A DNA stretch of 64,000 nt, from IMG/VR virus record IMGVR_UViG_3300037840_000227, positions 1 through 64,000 of that record; one strand, given 5' to 3'. Positions 10,905 through 19,405 of this stretch are shown here, one piece after another. Both the position numbers and the translations under genes were made by a program. The stretch is from a virus. A model generated the notes under the pieces. That model was not told the DNA's origin, ran no database searches, and was given only the letters and a program-made list of their open reading frames with translations. Numbering within the stretch: position 1 is the stretch's first letter; every line of letters begins with the position of its first letter.

Positions 10905-11146
10905 GCTACACACTTGCGCATCAATTAGTCGGGTATGATCCTGAAACTGAGCGTCTTGAGGTCCAATGGGAAATCCCCGAGAGTCTTATGGATAAGGTTC
11001 GAAGGCTGGTCGTAACAGACGAAGACGATCCCGATATTGTCGACGCTTATCCTGTCGACCCCACCGTGGCTCGCGATATCCTAGGAATGCTTCACAGCAA
11101 CGAACGTCGGCAACTCGACTATTTCCTGGAAGGCTTTCAGCGCTAA
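10901..11146 (+). CDS. Putative cognate immunity protein
   Basis: Small acidic 81-aa protein, ATGA-coupled to the toxin gene, ending DYFLE. Confidence 0.7.
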   Translation: MSYTLAHQLVGYDPETERLEVQWEIPESLMDKVRRLVVTDEDDPDIVDAYPVDPTVARDILGMLHSNERRQLDYFLEGFQR

Positions 11147-11149
11147 CTG

Positions 11150-11491
11150 CTATCGAATGCGCTTCGCTTTTTTAGCCTCGCGATAGCGTTCGTCGCGCGC
11201 ATCGAGAAGCGCGACAATATCATCCATGCCCCAAAGCCGATCAGAGACGCCAGCGGCCATCGCGGGCGTGACCCTCAGGCTCTTATGGATGCGGATGAAG
11301 TTGTAATAGAGGAAGTACAGCGCCAGAGAATGACAATGGTTCTCAATCTTCTTTGAGAATGCGTTCGTCAATCGGGTGAAGCGCCGCATGCCCATGCGCA
11401 TATTCAAGTTCTGACGCTCAACATGGCTTGTCGAGATATGCGCTTCATCGGGGTTGCCTTCGATTGGCGTCCTGATCGCGCCCGTGCCCAC
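11150..11491 (-). pseudogene. IS1-family transposase, C-terminal fragment only
   Basis: [34 protein letters not shown]...[18 protein letters not shown]; in-frame stop just upstream, N-terminal part missing. Confidence 0.85.
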
Positions 11492-11580
11492 CGGCGCTCA
11501 GGGCCATAACAGGAAGGCCCGTATCTGACCTTTGCCGTGGGGGCGGGACAGATACGGGCCTTGGTGGGCACGCCTTCTTA

Positions 11581-11693
11581 GGAGGCGTGGCCGAGCGGTT
11601 TAAGGCAGCGGTCTTTAAAACCGCCGGAGCTTGCCCTTCCGAAAGGAAGGGATAGACGGGCTTCCGTAGGTTCGAATCCTACCGCCTCCGCCA
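11581..11693 (+). tRNA. Ser-type tRNA with TTA anticodon (ochre suppressor-like) and 41-nt variable arm
   Basis: Acceptor GGAGGCG/CGCCTCC, G73, CCA; anticodon stem GCGGT/ACCGC, loop CTTTAAA; T arm GTAGG-TTCGAAT-CCTAC. Confidence 0.85.
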
Positions 11694-11699
11694 GTTTCC

Positions 11700-11740
11700 C
11701 GGCGCATCTTTTATTATAAAGGGTGCGCCGTTCTTTTTCT
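11700..11740 (+). terminator. Rho-independent terminator after the suppressor-like tRNA
   Basis: CGGCGCATCTTT...AAAGGGTGCGCCG hairpin followed by TTCTTTTTCT. Confidence 0.6.
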
Positions 11741-11972
11741 ATTTCTTATTCCAACGGCTTGCGGCGGCTTGCTTCGCTATCTCCATCCTTCTTTCCGGCG
11801 TCATCTTCGCGGCCCTCGCGGCGCCGCCTTTCTTGCCGAGCGCCTTAGCGCCGGGGTCTTTCCCGTCATCCGGCGACGTGTCGTCAACCTCTCCCGTCGC
11901 GATCTTGGCGATTAGGACGGCGCGGGCGTTTATGTCAGCGGGGCGGCGCTCGCCTTTAGGACCTCGGGGCAT
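11739..11972 (-). CDS. Small basic IS-associated protein
   Basis: MPRGPKGERRPAD...IATGE...LG.KGG.ARA.KMTPERR.EIA..AA..RW, typical of alphaproteobacterial IS passenger ORFs. Confidence 0.8.
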   Translation of the reverse strand: MPRGPKGERRPADINARAVLIAKIATGEVDDTSPDDGKDPGAKALGKKGGAARAAKMTPERRMEIAKQAAASRWNKK

Positions 11973-12259
11973 TAGATTTTCCGCTTTCCCGGTTTTCTGA
12001 CTGAACTCGGCTCAAGAGAGCCGTTCCGCATGGCCTCCTCGAATGCGCGTCTAAATTTCTCAGAATCTCTGCGGACCGGCAGTGGCTTGCCGTCCGGGCC
12101 TAGCTTGACGATTTCCGTTTGATCGCGACGACCGCAGAGATTTGGCCCGCGCGGACCGCGGCGCCACTCATCACCGATTCGATCGCCGATGGTTTCCGAC
12201 CTAGCGTCCGGCCATCGAAGTTTCCCTGACACATCCGCCTCATGCTTTCCGCCAAGCAT
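11972..12259 (-). CDS. Hypothetical IS passenger protein
   Basis: 95-aa ORF, TAATG-coupled to the downstream small protein. Confidence 0.45.
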   Translation of the reverse strand: MLGGKHEADVSGKLRWPDARSETIGDRIGDEWRRGPRGPNLCGRRDQTEIVKLGPDGKPLPVRRDSEKFRRAFEEAMRNGSLEPSSVRKPGKRKI

Positions 12260-12408
12260 ATAGGCGACGAGCGCCGGAGGCGAGAGCTAGTCAAGCTGGA
12301 TTATTTTTCAAACTGAGACACTACCGTAATCCGCTACCCCTAGCGCGTTTCTGAAATTCGTGATTAAAGAGGGGCGGACTCAGCCTTGCCCGTGGGATGG
12401 GGGAGATT

Positions 12409-12918
12409 ATGTCGCCAGTTGGAACGATTCTCGTCGAAGTTCACCGTCCGCTGCTCGGCATTGACGACAACGGCAATCTCGTCCTCAACACCGACGGCAA
12501 TATGAATGTCGCCAACGCGAACCCGGGCCTTGTCGGCAAGGGCATCGGGAACGCCGTGACGATCACCAACGGTGTCGGCGCTTCCGCCAATATCTGCAAC
12601 GTCACCTTCCAAGCCACCGATTCGCTCGGCAATCCGTTGTCGAAGGTGGCCTCTATGGAGGTTCTTCTCTCCGACGCCGCAACCGGCGCGGGACTTACCG
12701 CTACGACGGCCTCGGGCGGCATTGCCGCGGCGGCGGGCGGTGGAGTGGTTCTGGGCGTTCTGACTGCCGCCAAGGCGCTTCTCGTCCAGACGAACGCCTC
12801 GGGCCAGTTCATTCTCGCCATTACCGATACGGCGAAGACTCTCTTCTATCCAGTCGCCCAGTATGCCGGGGCCACGGTAGTCGGCGCGCAGCTTACGGCG
12901 GCGAGCTATCACGCCTGA
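12409..12918 (+). CDS. Hypothetical phage structural-type protein
   Basis: GGGAG SD; Ala/Gly/Thr-rich beta protein directly upstream of terminase. Confidence 0.7.
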   Translation: MSPVGTILVEVHRPLLGIDDNGNLVLNTDGNMNVANANPGLVGKGIGNAVTITNGVGASANICNVTFQATDSLGNPLSKVASMEVLLSDAATGAGLTATTASGGIAAAAGGGVVLGVLTAAKALLVQTNASGQFILAITDTAKTLFYPVAQYAGATVVGAQLTAASYHA

Positions 12919-12944
12919 TATGACTCGAGCCCGCGTCGAGATGA

Positions 12945-15674
12945 ATGGCCGACGAGCAGCAGACGCTTGCTGATAGTGTGCCCCAGTGGGGCAGCATGTC
13001 CCTTGATGAGATAGCCAAGCATCTCGCTGGGCTCCCCAAACAAAATCGTGATGACATTGTCGAGGCGGCTTACCACGCCACGGCGGAACGTAAATGGATT
13101 CCTAACACCGGCGCTCAACTCGACGCATACTTCAATAAAGCCGATGTATTACTTTATGGCGGCGCGGCAGGTGGCGGTAAACTGCTTGATATCAATGAGT
13201 TACTGCCAACACCGCATGGTTGGGTGCGGATGGGCGATGTTGCGATCGGCGACATTCTCTTTGATCAGGCCGGGTCCCGGTGCAGCGTTACGGCAGTTTC
13301 TCCTGTCAAATCAGCGAAGACATATCGCCTAACCTTTGACGATGGAACGGAAGTAACCTGCTGCGCCGATCATCTCTGGCTTACCTACGACGCTAAAGAG
13401 CTTGGCCAGCTTCTCAAGAAAACCGATGAGTGGCGGAGTCGGCGGCGCGCGGCTCGGCCATCAAGAGCCAAGGGCATCAAAAGCGAAAAATTTCGACTGT
13501 CAATCTCGGCGAGAAACTCCACGTTAGCGAAATCGACGCCAGCTCCAACTGGCTCGATCAGGACTACTCAGCAGATCGTCGATACCCTCATCGTCAAGAG
13601 AGGCCGTCGCAATCACGCCGTTCCGGTTGCTGGTGCGATAGAGCTGCCGGCTGCCGACCTTTCTTTAGATCCATATATCTTAGGCGCATGGCTCGGCGAC
13701 GGGACGGCCATAAGTGGTGGGTTTACTGGCGTGGATGACTTCATTTGGCGGGAGATAGAACGCGCGGGATTTGTCGTTACTCACGCAGCCGGAAAAGCTA
13801 GCGCTCATCACATCAGGGGACTCGTCCCATTCCTTCGTCGTCTTGGCGTCTTGGGCAATAAGCATGTTCCCCCGGCTTATCTCCGAGGTTCTATGGCGCA
13901 GCGCTTGGCCCTTCTACAGGGCCTCATGGATACGGATGGCCACGCCGCACTTGATGGTGGGTGTGAGTTCGACAACACAAATCTTAGTCTCGCTGAGGCC
14001 GTTTATGAGTTGGTGGCTAGCCTCGGCATCAAGGCAACAATCAATGAAGGTGTGGCGACGCTTTATGGCCGTGCTCTTGGGCCGAGATGGCGCGTTAAGT
14101 TCACGACCGATGTCCCGGTTTTCCGGCTTCCGCGTAAACGTGCGAGGCAAAAAGCAAAGGTGCGTCAAGTCGCAAGATTTCGTTACATCCGCGAGGCGAT
14201 CGAGGTGGACCCGGTTCCCATGCGGTGCATCTCTGTAGACAGTCCGACTAGGCTATATTTATGTACGAAATCATTTATCCCGACTCATAACAGCCAGTTA
14301 ATACTTGGGCTTGCTTTCTGCGAACACAAGCGGTCGCTTATCATGCGACAGGAATTCTCTGCATTAACAACGCTCACACAGCAGGCGATCAAGATAAACG
14401 GGACGAAGCAAGGGTATAATGGGTCAAACCCTCCTAGTATAAAGACGTCTGATGGAAGATTTATTCAGTTTAGTGGAGAACAGATTGAAAAGTTCCAAGG
14501 TGCAGATTTCGATTTAAAGGGGTTCGATGAGGCCGTACATCTCTCCGAGGAAACCATTCGTCTTAACCTCGGGTGGCTCCGTACTGCGGAGATCGGGCAG
14601 CGCACGCGAGCCGTTTTGGCCACAAATCCGCCGACGGACTCCAGGGGCGACTGGATAATTCCTATGTTCGGCCCGTGGCTTGACATCAACCATCCAAATC
14701 CGGCCCAGCCAGGCGAATTGCGATGGGTTGCCGTCGACCCGGACGGCCGGGATTTTTGGACCGAGGGGCCAGAACCATACCTATTTCCTGGCGAACGAAT
14801 TCCGGTCATCCCGAAATCAAGAACGTTCATCCCAGCCAAGCTCTCTGAGAATCCTTATTACGTACAGAGCGGCTATCAGAAAGAACTCGACGCTCTTCCA
14901 GAGCCGTATCGCTCTGCCTACCGCGACGGCAACTTCATGGCCGCGAGGAGCGATCAGGATAATCAAGTCATCCCCACTCAGTGGGTGCTCGAGGCACAAA
15001 AGCGCTGGAAGAAATCCGGGGGCGCCGAATTGATGATGAGCGCTATGGGCATTGACGTCGGGCAGGGCGGGATCGATCGCATAGTAATCGCTCGCCGGCA
15101 TGGGGAATGGTATGCGCCACTGATTGTTGTCTCCGGCAAGGATGCGCCGGACGGTTCTAAACAGGCGGCGCTGATTGTCGAAAATCGTCGCGATGGCTGT
15201 AGTGTGATTGTTGATGTCGGCGGCGGCTATGGCGGTGACTGTGTCGGGCGCCTCCAAGATAACAAGATCACGCCGGTTCGCTTCAACGGCTCTAGCGGCT
15301 CAACCAGTCGGGCCAAGGATGGCTCCGGCCGCCTCTTCGAGAATCGGCGCGCTGAGGCATGGTGGCGCTTCCGCGAGGCGCTTAATCCTGATCAGGCCGG
15401 CGGCTCAATCATTGCCCTCCCAGATGATTCAGAACTGCGGTCCGAATTGACCGCACCAACCTTCAAAAGCGAAATGCTGAAGATCCAAATCGAGGATAAG
15501 AAGGACATTAAAAAGAGGTTAGGCCATTCCCCGGACAAAGCCGACGCCGTGGTGATGGCCTGGGCGCCGGGCGAGACTGCGATTCGCCGCCAGCGCTATT
15601 CTGGCTTTGGCGGTCCAGTTGAAATGCCGTCGCGAACAAACTTGGGATATTCCGATATGAAGAAGAGGATTTGA
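12945..15674 (+). CDS. terL: Terminase large subunit with intein
   Basis: Walker A YGGAAGGGK|S split by intein; Walker B GFDEA; ATNPP; RNase H-like GIDVGQGG.D and SPDKADA motifs. Confidence 0.93.
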   Translation: MADEQQTLADSVPQWGSMSLDEIAKHLAGLPKQNRDDIVEAAYHATAERKWIPNTGAQLDAYFNKADVLLYGGAAGGGKLLDINELLPTPHGWVRMGDVAIGDILFDQAGSRCSVTAVSPVKSAKTYRLTFDDGTEVTCCADHLWLTYDAKELGQLLKKTDEWRSRRRAARPSRAKGIKSEKFRLSISARNSTLAKSTPAPTGSIRTTQQIVDTLIVKRGRRNHAVPVAGAIELPAADLSLDPYILGAWLGDGTAISGGFTGVDDFIWREIERAGFVVTHAAGKASAHHIRGLVPFLRRLGVLGNKHVPPAYLRGSMAQRLALLQGLMDTDGHAALDGGCEFDNTNLSLAEAVYELVASLGIKATINEGVATLYGRALGPRWRVKFTTDVPVFRLPRKRARQKAKVRQVARFRYIREAIEVDPVPMRCISVDSPTRLYLCTKSFIPTHNSQLILGLAFCEHKRSLIMRQEFSALTTLTQQAIKINGTKQGYNGSNPPSIKTSDGRFIQFSGEQIEKFQGADFDLKGFDEAVHLSEETIRLNLGWLRTAEIGQRTRAVLATNPPTDSRGDWIIPMFGPWLDINHPNPAQPGELRWVAVDPDGRDFWTEGPEPYLFPGERIPVIPKSRTFIPAKLSENPYYVQSGYQKELDALPEPYRSAYRDGNFMAARSDQDNQVIPTQWVLEAQKRWKKSGGAELMMSAMGIDVGQGGIDRIVIARRHGEWYAPLIVVSGKDAPDGSKQAALIVENRRDGCSVIVDVGGGYGGDCVGRLQDNKITPVRFNGSSGSTSRAKDGSGRLFENRRAEAWWRFREALNPDQAGGSIIALPDDSELRSELTAPTFKSEMLKIQIEDKKDIKKRLGHSPDKADAVVMAWAPGETAIRRQRYSGFGGPVEMPSRTNLGYSDMKKRI
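13182..14291 (+). mobile_element. Class 3-type intein with LAGLIDADG homing endonuclease, in TerL Walker A
   Basis: Starts LLDINELLPTPHGW, ends SFIPTHN|S; blocks LGAWLGDG and LLQGLMDTDG; W (DHLW), C (MRCI), T (PTHN) triplet. Confidence 0.88.
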
Positions 15675-15675
15675 C

Positions 15676-15885
15676 ATGGCCGACGAGCGCTATCCTCACC
15701 AGCGAATGGTTGAACCTGTTCCAGCGCCTAGCCGCAATGAGGCAAAAGATGGTAAGCCATCTTCTGAAATGGAGAAGGAAGTGAACCTCGCGTTGCTCGA
15801 GGCCGACATTGCGGAGAAAGACCGCAAGCATGGCGATCGAACCAATGTGGCGTATCAATGGATCAAATATCCATTTCGGAGATAG
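15676..15885 (+). CDS. Hypothetical protein
   Basis: 69-aa ORF with GAGGA SD immediately after terL. Confidence 0.6.
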   Translation: MADERYPHQRMVEPVPAPSRNEAKDGKPSSEMEKEVNLALLEADIAEKDRKHGDRTNVAYQWIKYPFRR

Positions 15886-15887
15886 TC

Positions 15888-16118
15888 ATGGCCAATCTCT
15901 TCAAGCCGCCGAGCCCGCCGCAGGTTGCCGTTGCGCCGCCGATGCCCGATGCGAACTCGCCATCCGTCCTCGAGGCGCAGAACCAGGCCGCCGCGGCCGC
16001 GATGGCGCGCGCCGGGCGGGCGTCGACAATAATCGGGGCTCAAAGCAAGAATGCGCCCAGCCAAGCGCCGGTGGCGCAGGATGCTTACGCGGCGACTCGC
16101 TTGGGTGCGTCACAATAG
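15888..16118 (+). CDS. Small Pro/Ala-rich virion protein preceding the portal
   Basis: MANLFKPPSPPQ...PMPD...AGRASTI...TRLG; position typical of T7/BPP-1-like head modules. Confidence 0.7.
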   Translation: MANLFKPPSPPQVAVAPPMPDANSPSVLEAQNQAAAAAMARAGRASTIIGAQSKNAPSQAPVAQDAYAATRLGASQ

Positions 16119-16126
16119 GGGTTTCC

Positions 16127-16774
16127 GTGGCTCATCCGCACCTCATTGACATGACGGGGACGAAAGTCGGCCGCCTAACCGTGTTTGGGCGCGCTGGGAA
16201 TCATCCCAGCGGCGGTGCGACTTGGTGGTGCGATTGTGAATGCGGCAAAATGGTTGAAGTGCGCGGCGCAGACCTGAGGAATGAGAACGTGCGCTCTTGC
16301 GGGTGTTTGCATATCGAGCAGGCCACCCAGCATCAGCGCGCGGTTTTGACGCCGAAGGCCATCAAGCACGGGGCCTACCGGACACCGGAATACCAGCTCT
16401 GGGCGAATATGAAGGATCGCTGCAATAATCCTAATAACAAGAATTTCAGCCACTATGGCGGCCGCGGCGTCAGAGTTTGTCCGCAATGGGAAAGTTCCTT
16501 CGAGGTATTTCTTGCGGACATGGGCCCGCGCCCATCCTCCAAGCATTCGGTAGACCGCTACCCGGATAAGAATGGCGATTATCAACCAGGGAATGTCCGG
16601 TGGGCGACTCAGATTGAGCAGGCTAACAATAAGCGCAATACCAGAAAGACAGTATTCAGGGGCAACGAGATGACCTGGGCTGAGGCTTATAGGCTCGCCT
16701 CGCCAGCTTTTTCCTATCAGACATTTTGCTCCCGCATGGTGAGCGGGTGGCCCGTGGAGAAGGCGTTGTCATGA
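16127..16774 (+). CDS. HNH-type homing endonuclease
   Basis: G.KVGRLTV...WWCDCECG...SCGC; W.NMKDRC...YGGRG; SVDR...GDY.PGNVRWAT. Confidence 0.8.
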   Translation: MAHPHLIDMTGTKVGRLTVFGRAGNHPSGGATWWCDCECGKMVEVRGADLRNENVRSCGCLHIEQATQHQRAVLTPKAIKHGAYRTPEYQLWANMKDRCNNPNNKNFSHYGGRGVRVCPQWESSFEVFLADMGPRPSSKHSVDRYPDKNGDYQPGNVRWATQIEQANNKRNTRKTVFRGNEMTWAEAYRLASPAFSYQTFCSRMVSGWPVEKALS

Positions 16775-18498
16775 GGCAGCGCGCGCATGAGTTGATCGCG
16801 ATTGGGGACGATCTATTTAATCGCCGACAGGCCATTAATAGCCTGTGGCAGGCTACTGCTGAACAGTTCTACGCGGAAAGAGCCGACTACACTTATACTC
16901 GCAGTATAGGAATGGAATTTGCAAGTCACCTGATGACCGGCGTGCCAGCTATGGCCTCCCGTGACTTGGCGAACGCCATCTCTGCCATGCTTAGGCCTCC
17001 GGGTCAAACATGGTTTCATGCGAGGACTGATTCCGAACTAATTAATAAGGATACGCAATGCCGCCGCTGGTTGGATTGGGCGACGGAGATGATGCGTCAG
17101 GCCATGTACGACAATATGTCGGGCTGGTCCCGCGCGGCGAAGGAGGGAGATCGGGACTTCGTTACGATCGGCAATGCCTGCATCATGTTGCGGCCGAATG
17201 AAATCCATAACGGCTTGCTCTATCGCTGCATGCACATGCGGGATGTCGCCTGGTCAGAGGATCCGTCGGGCCAGATCGATACCGTCCATGTCAAGCGCAA
17301 GATCGCGCAATTAAATCTGATTAAGCTTTTTCCGAAAACCGTCGATCAGAGGGTGAAGGACGGCGCCAAGAAGGATCCTCACACCGAAGTCCAATGTCGC
17401 CATATCGTCCTTCCGACGCGTGACTATGATAGTGTCACGCCGGCGACAGAGGATAATTCGACGCCGGAAGGCATAATGAGGCGCGGCAGAAAACTGCCCT
17501 TTACCTCGATTTGGATCGATGTCGATCACGAGACGATCCTTGAGGAAATCGGCCAGTGGCAGCTCGGCTACATCTGCCCGCGGTGGGAGACGGTCCCGGG
17601 CTTTGGCTACGGCTACTCGCCGCCGACGGTCATCAACATCGCTGATGCGCGCATGTTGCAGCAAATCACCCTGACGTTGCTCGAGGCTGGCCAGAAGGCC
17701 GTCGATCCGCCGTTGAAGGGCGTCTTCGAGGCGATCCAGGGCGGCGTCAACACATTCGCCGGCGGCATCACTTGGACAGATGCGGAATATGACGAGCGCA
17801 CCGGCGCGGCGCTGGAGCCCTTGCTGGGCACCCATCCGGATCTCGGCTGGGGCGTCGATCGCGAGAAGCGCATTCAGGAAATCATCGCCCAAGGGCACTA
17901 TCTCAATCAGATCAAGCTTCCCGACACGACTCATGCCCGCACGGCGTTCGAGGTGTCGAAATTGTGGGAAGAGTACATCCGCAACACGACGCCGCTCTTC
18001 GAGCCGCTACAAGTCGAGTACAACGGCGCGGTCTGCGATCGCACCTTCGAGCTCATGTTGCGGATGAACGCCTTCGGGGACCTCGGCTACATGCCGAAGA
18101 AGCTCCGGGGCATGAATGTCCGGTTTGTCTTCGAAACTCCGCTCACCATGGCCGCCTCGAGGGCCAATGTGCAGGCTTTCACCCAGGCCTTGCAGATTCT
18201 CCAGGGCGCGGTCGCGGTTGATCCAACGGTCTCGCACGACTTCAATCTCGACAATGCGTTCCGTGACGCGCTCGAGGGCGCCGCGGTGCCGGCAACCTGG
18301 ATTGTGCCGAAGGAGCTGGCGAATCAGATGAAGGCGCAGTCGCGGCAGCAACTTGCCGCCCAGCAGCAAGGCCAGCAGGTTATGCAGGGCGCTAGCCAGG
18401 GCGCGGACGTTGCAGCCAAGATCGGCAATGCGGCGACGATGCTCCAGCAGGGCGGCATCTTACCGCCGCAACAAGCCCAACAGGGGGGAAGTATATGA
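16771..18498 (+). CDS. Portal (head-tail connector) protein
   Basis: ~575 aa; LRPPG..WF, PRWETVPG..YGYSP, KAVDPPL, RTAFEV motifs of Bbp21/T7 gp8-like portals. Confidence 0.9.
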   Translation: MRQRAHELIAIGDDLFNRRQAINSLWQATAEQFYAERADYTYTRSIGMEFASHLMTGVPAMASRDLANAISAMLRPPGQTWFHARTDSELINKDTQCRRWLDWATEMMRQAMYDNMSGWSRAAKEGDRDFVTIGNACIMLRPNEIHNGLLYRCMHMRDVAWSEDPSGQIDTVHVKRKIAQLNLIKLFPKTVDQRVKDGAKKDPHTEVQCRHIVLPTRDYDSVTPATEDNSTPEGIMRRGRKLPFTSIWIDVDHETILEEIGQWQLGYICPRWETVPGFGYGYSPPTVINIADARMLQQITLTLLEAGQKAVDPPLKGVFEAIQGGVNTFAGGITWTDAEYDERTGAALEPLLGTHPDLGWGVDREKRIQEIIAQGHYLNQIKLPDTTHARTAFEVSKLWEEYIRNTTPLFEPLQVEYNGAVCDRTFELMLRMNAFGDLGYMPKKLRGMNVRFVFETPLTMAASRANVQAFTQALQILQGAVAVDPTVSHDFNLDNAFRDALEGAAVPATWIVPKELANQMKAQSRQQLAAQQQGQQVMQGASQGADVAAKIGNAATMLQQGGILPPQQAQQGGSI

Positions 18499-19016
18499 GT
18501 CTGACCCAAGAGAAGATAAGGGAATTCGTCATCTATGACGAAGGGACTGGTGCGCTAGTTTGGCGACGGCGTGAGGAGACAAGTCAGTATTTGAAATCCT
18601 GGAATAAGAGATTTGCTGGTAGAGAAACCGGCAGCCTCGATAGGGAGGGTTATACTCAGACCGAGGTTTGCGGAAAATACTACCGCGTTCACCGGCTTAT
18701 TTGGCTGTACGTCTATGGATCGTGGCCTAACGGACAGATCGATCATATCGACGGAGACCGTGCGAATAATCGCCTCGCCAACCTTCGCGAGGCCACGCCA
18801 TCACACAACCGGCAAAACCTATCGGCTGTGACGACAAAAGAAAGTGGCTTAGTCGGCGTGACAAGAATGTCTCGAGGCGATAGGTGGCAGGCACGCATCG
18901 GCATTGACGGCATTTACCACTATCTCGGTAGCTTCGAGTGTCCAGATGAGGCGCATGCCGCCTACCTCAAGGCGAAAGCGAGATTGCACGTTTTTCAGCC
19001 AGCGCCGCGACAGTAA
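18495..19016 (+). CDS. HNH endonuclease with AP2-like domain
   Basis: HRLIW...IDHIDGDRANNRLANLRE; W.ARI...YLGSF...EAH.AY. Confidence 0.88.
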   Translation: MSLTQEKIREFVIYDEGTGALVWRRREETSQYLKSWNKRFAGRETGSLDREGYTQTEVCGKYYRVHRLIWLYVYGSWPNGQIDHIDGDRANNRLANLREATPSHNRQNLSAVTTKESGLVGVTRMSRGDRWQARIGIDGIYHYLGSFECPDEAHAAYLKAKARLHVFQPAPRQ

Positions 19017-19019
19017 TCA

Positions 19020-19394
19020 ATGGCAATCCGTTCTATCCCTCCCCGCGCGCCGTCTATCGCTCCCTATTTACCGCCAAAGGTCAGCAAGGCTGTCGCTTAT
19101 GCTACAAAGGCTGTCGCCGGCGGCACGGCGGATGCAAACCAGCAGCAGCTCTTCATGACGTGGCTGATCGAAGAGGCGTCGAGGGCGCACGATATGTCTT
19201 ACAGGCCTGCCCACCTCGGCGGCCAAAGCGATACTGACTTTGCCGAGGGCAAGCGCTATGTCGGTTTGAGCGTCATCAGGCTCGTGCGCATGGCTCCGGC
19301 CGATATTGACGAGCTTGAGGCTGAGAAACGCGTCAAGGGAATCCCCACCGCCCCGGCTGGGATGGGCGAGGATGACGAGATCAGGAACACCTGA
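19020..19394 (+). CDS. Bbp19-like hypothetical protein
   Basis: MSYRP...TDFAEGKRYVGL motif; lies between portal and scaffold. Confidence 0.75.
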   Translation: MAIRSIPPRAPSIAPYLPPKVSKAVAYATKAVAGGTADANQQQLFMTWLIEEASRAHDMSYRPAHLGGQSDTDFAEGKRYVGLSVIRLVRMAPADIDELEAEKRVKGIPTAPAGMGEDDEIRNT

Positions 19395-19405
19395 AGGAGA
19401 AGAAA

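Larger units (their letters stand above)
10470..12325. mobile_element. Non-autonomous IS1-family element with passenger genes
   Basis: Perfect 16-bp TIRs GGTAGTGTCTCAGTTT (10470-10485) / AAACTGAGACACTACC (12310-12325); 8-bp TSD GTAATCCG (10462-10469, 12326-12333); IS1-type transposase remnant inside. Confidence 0.92.

Noticed and set aside
15809-16126. N-terminal extension of the 321-aa ORF
   Set aside because: It overlaps two better-supported small genes; endonuclease similarity starts near 16127
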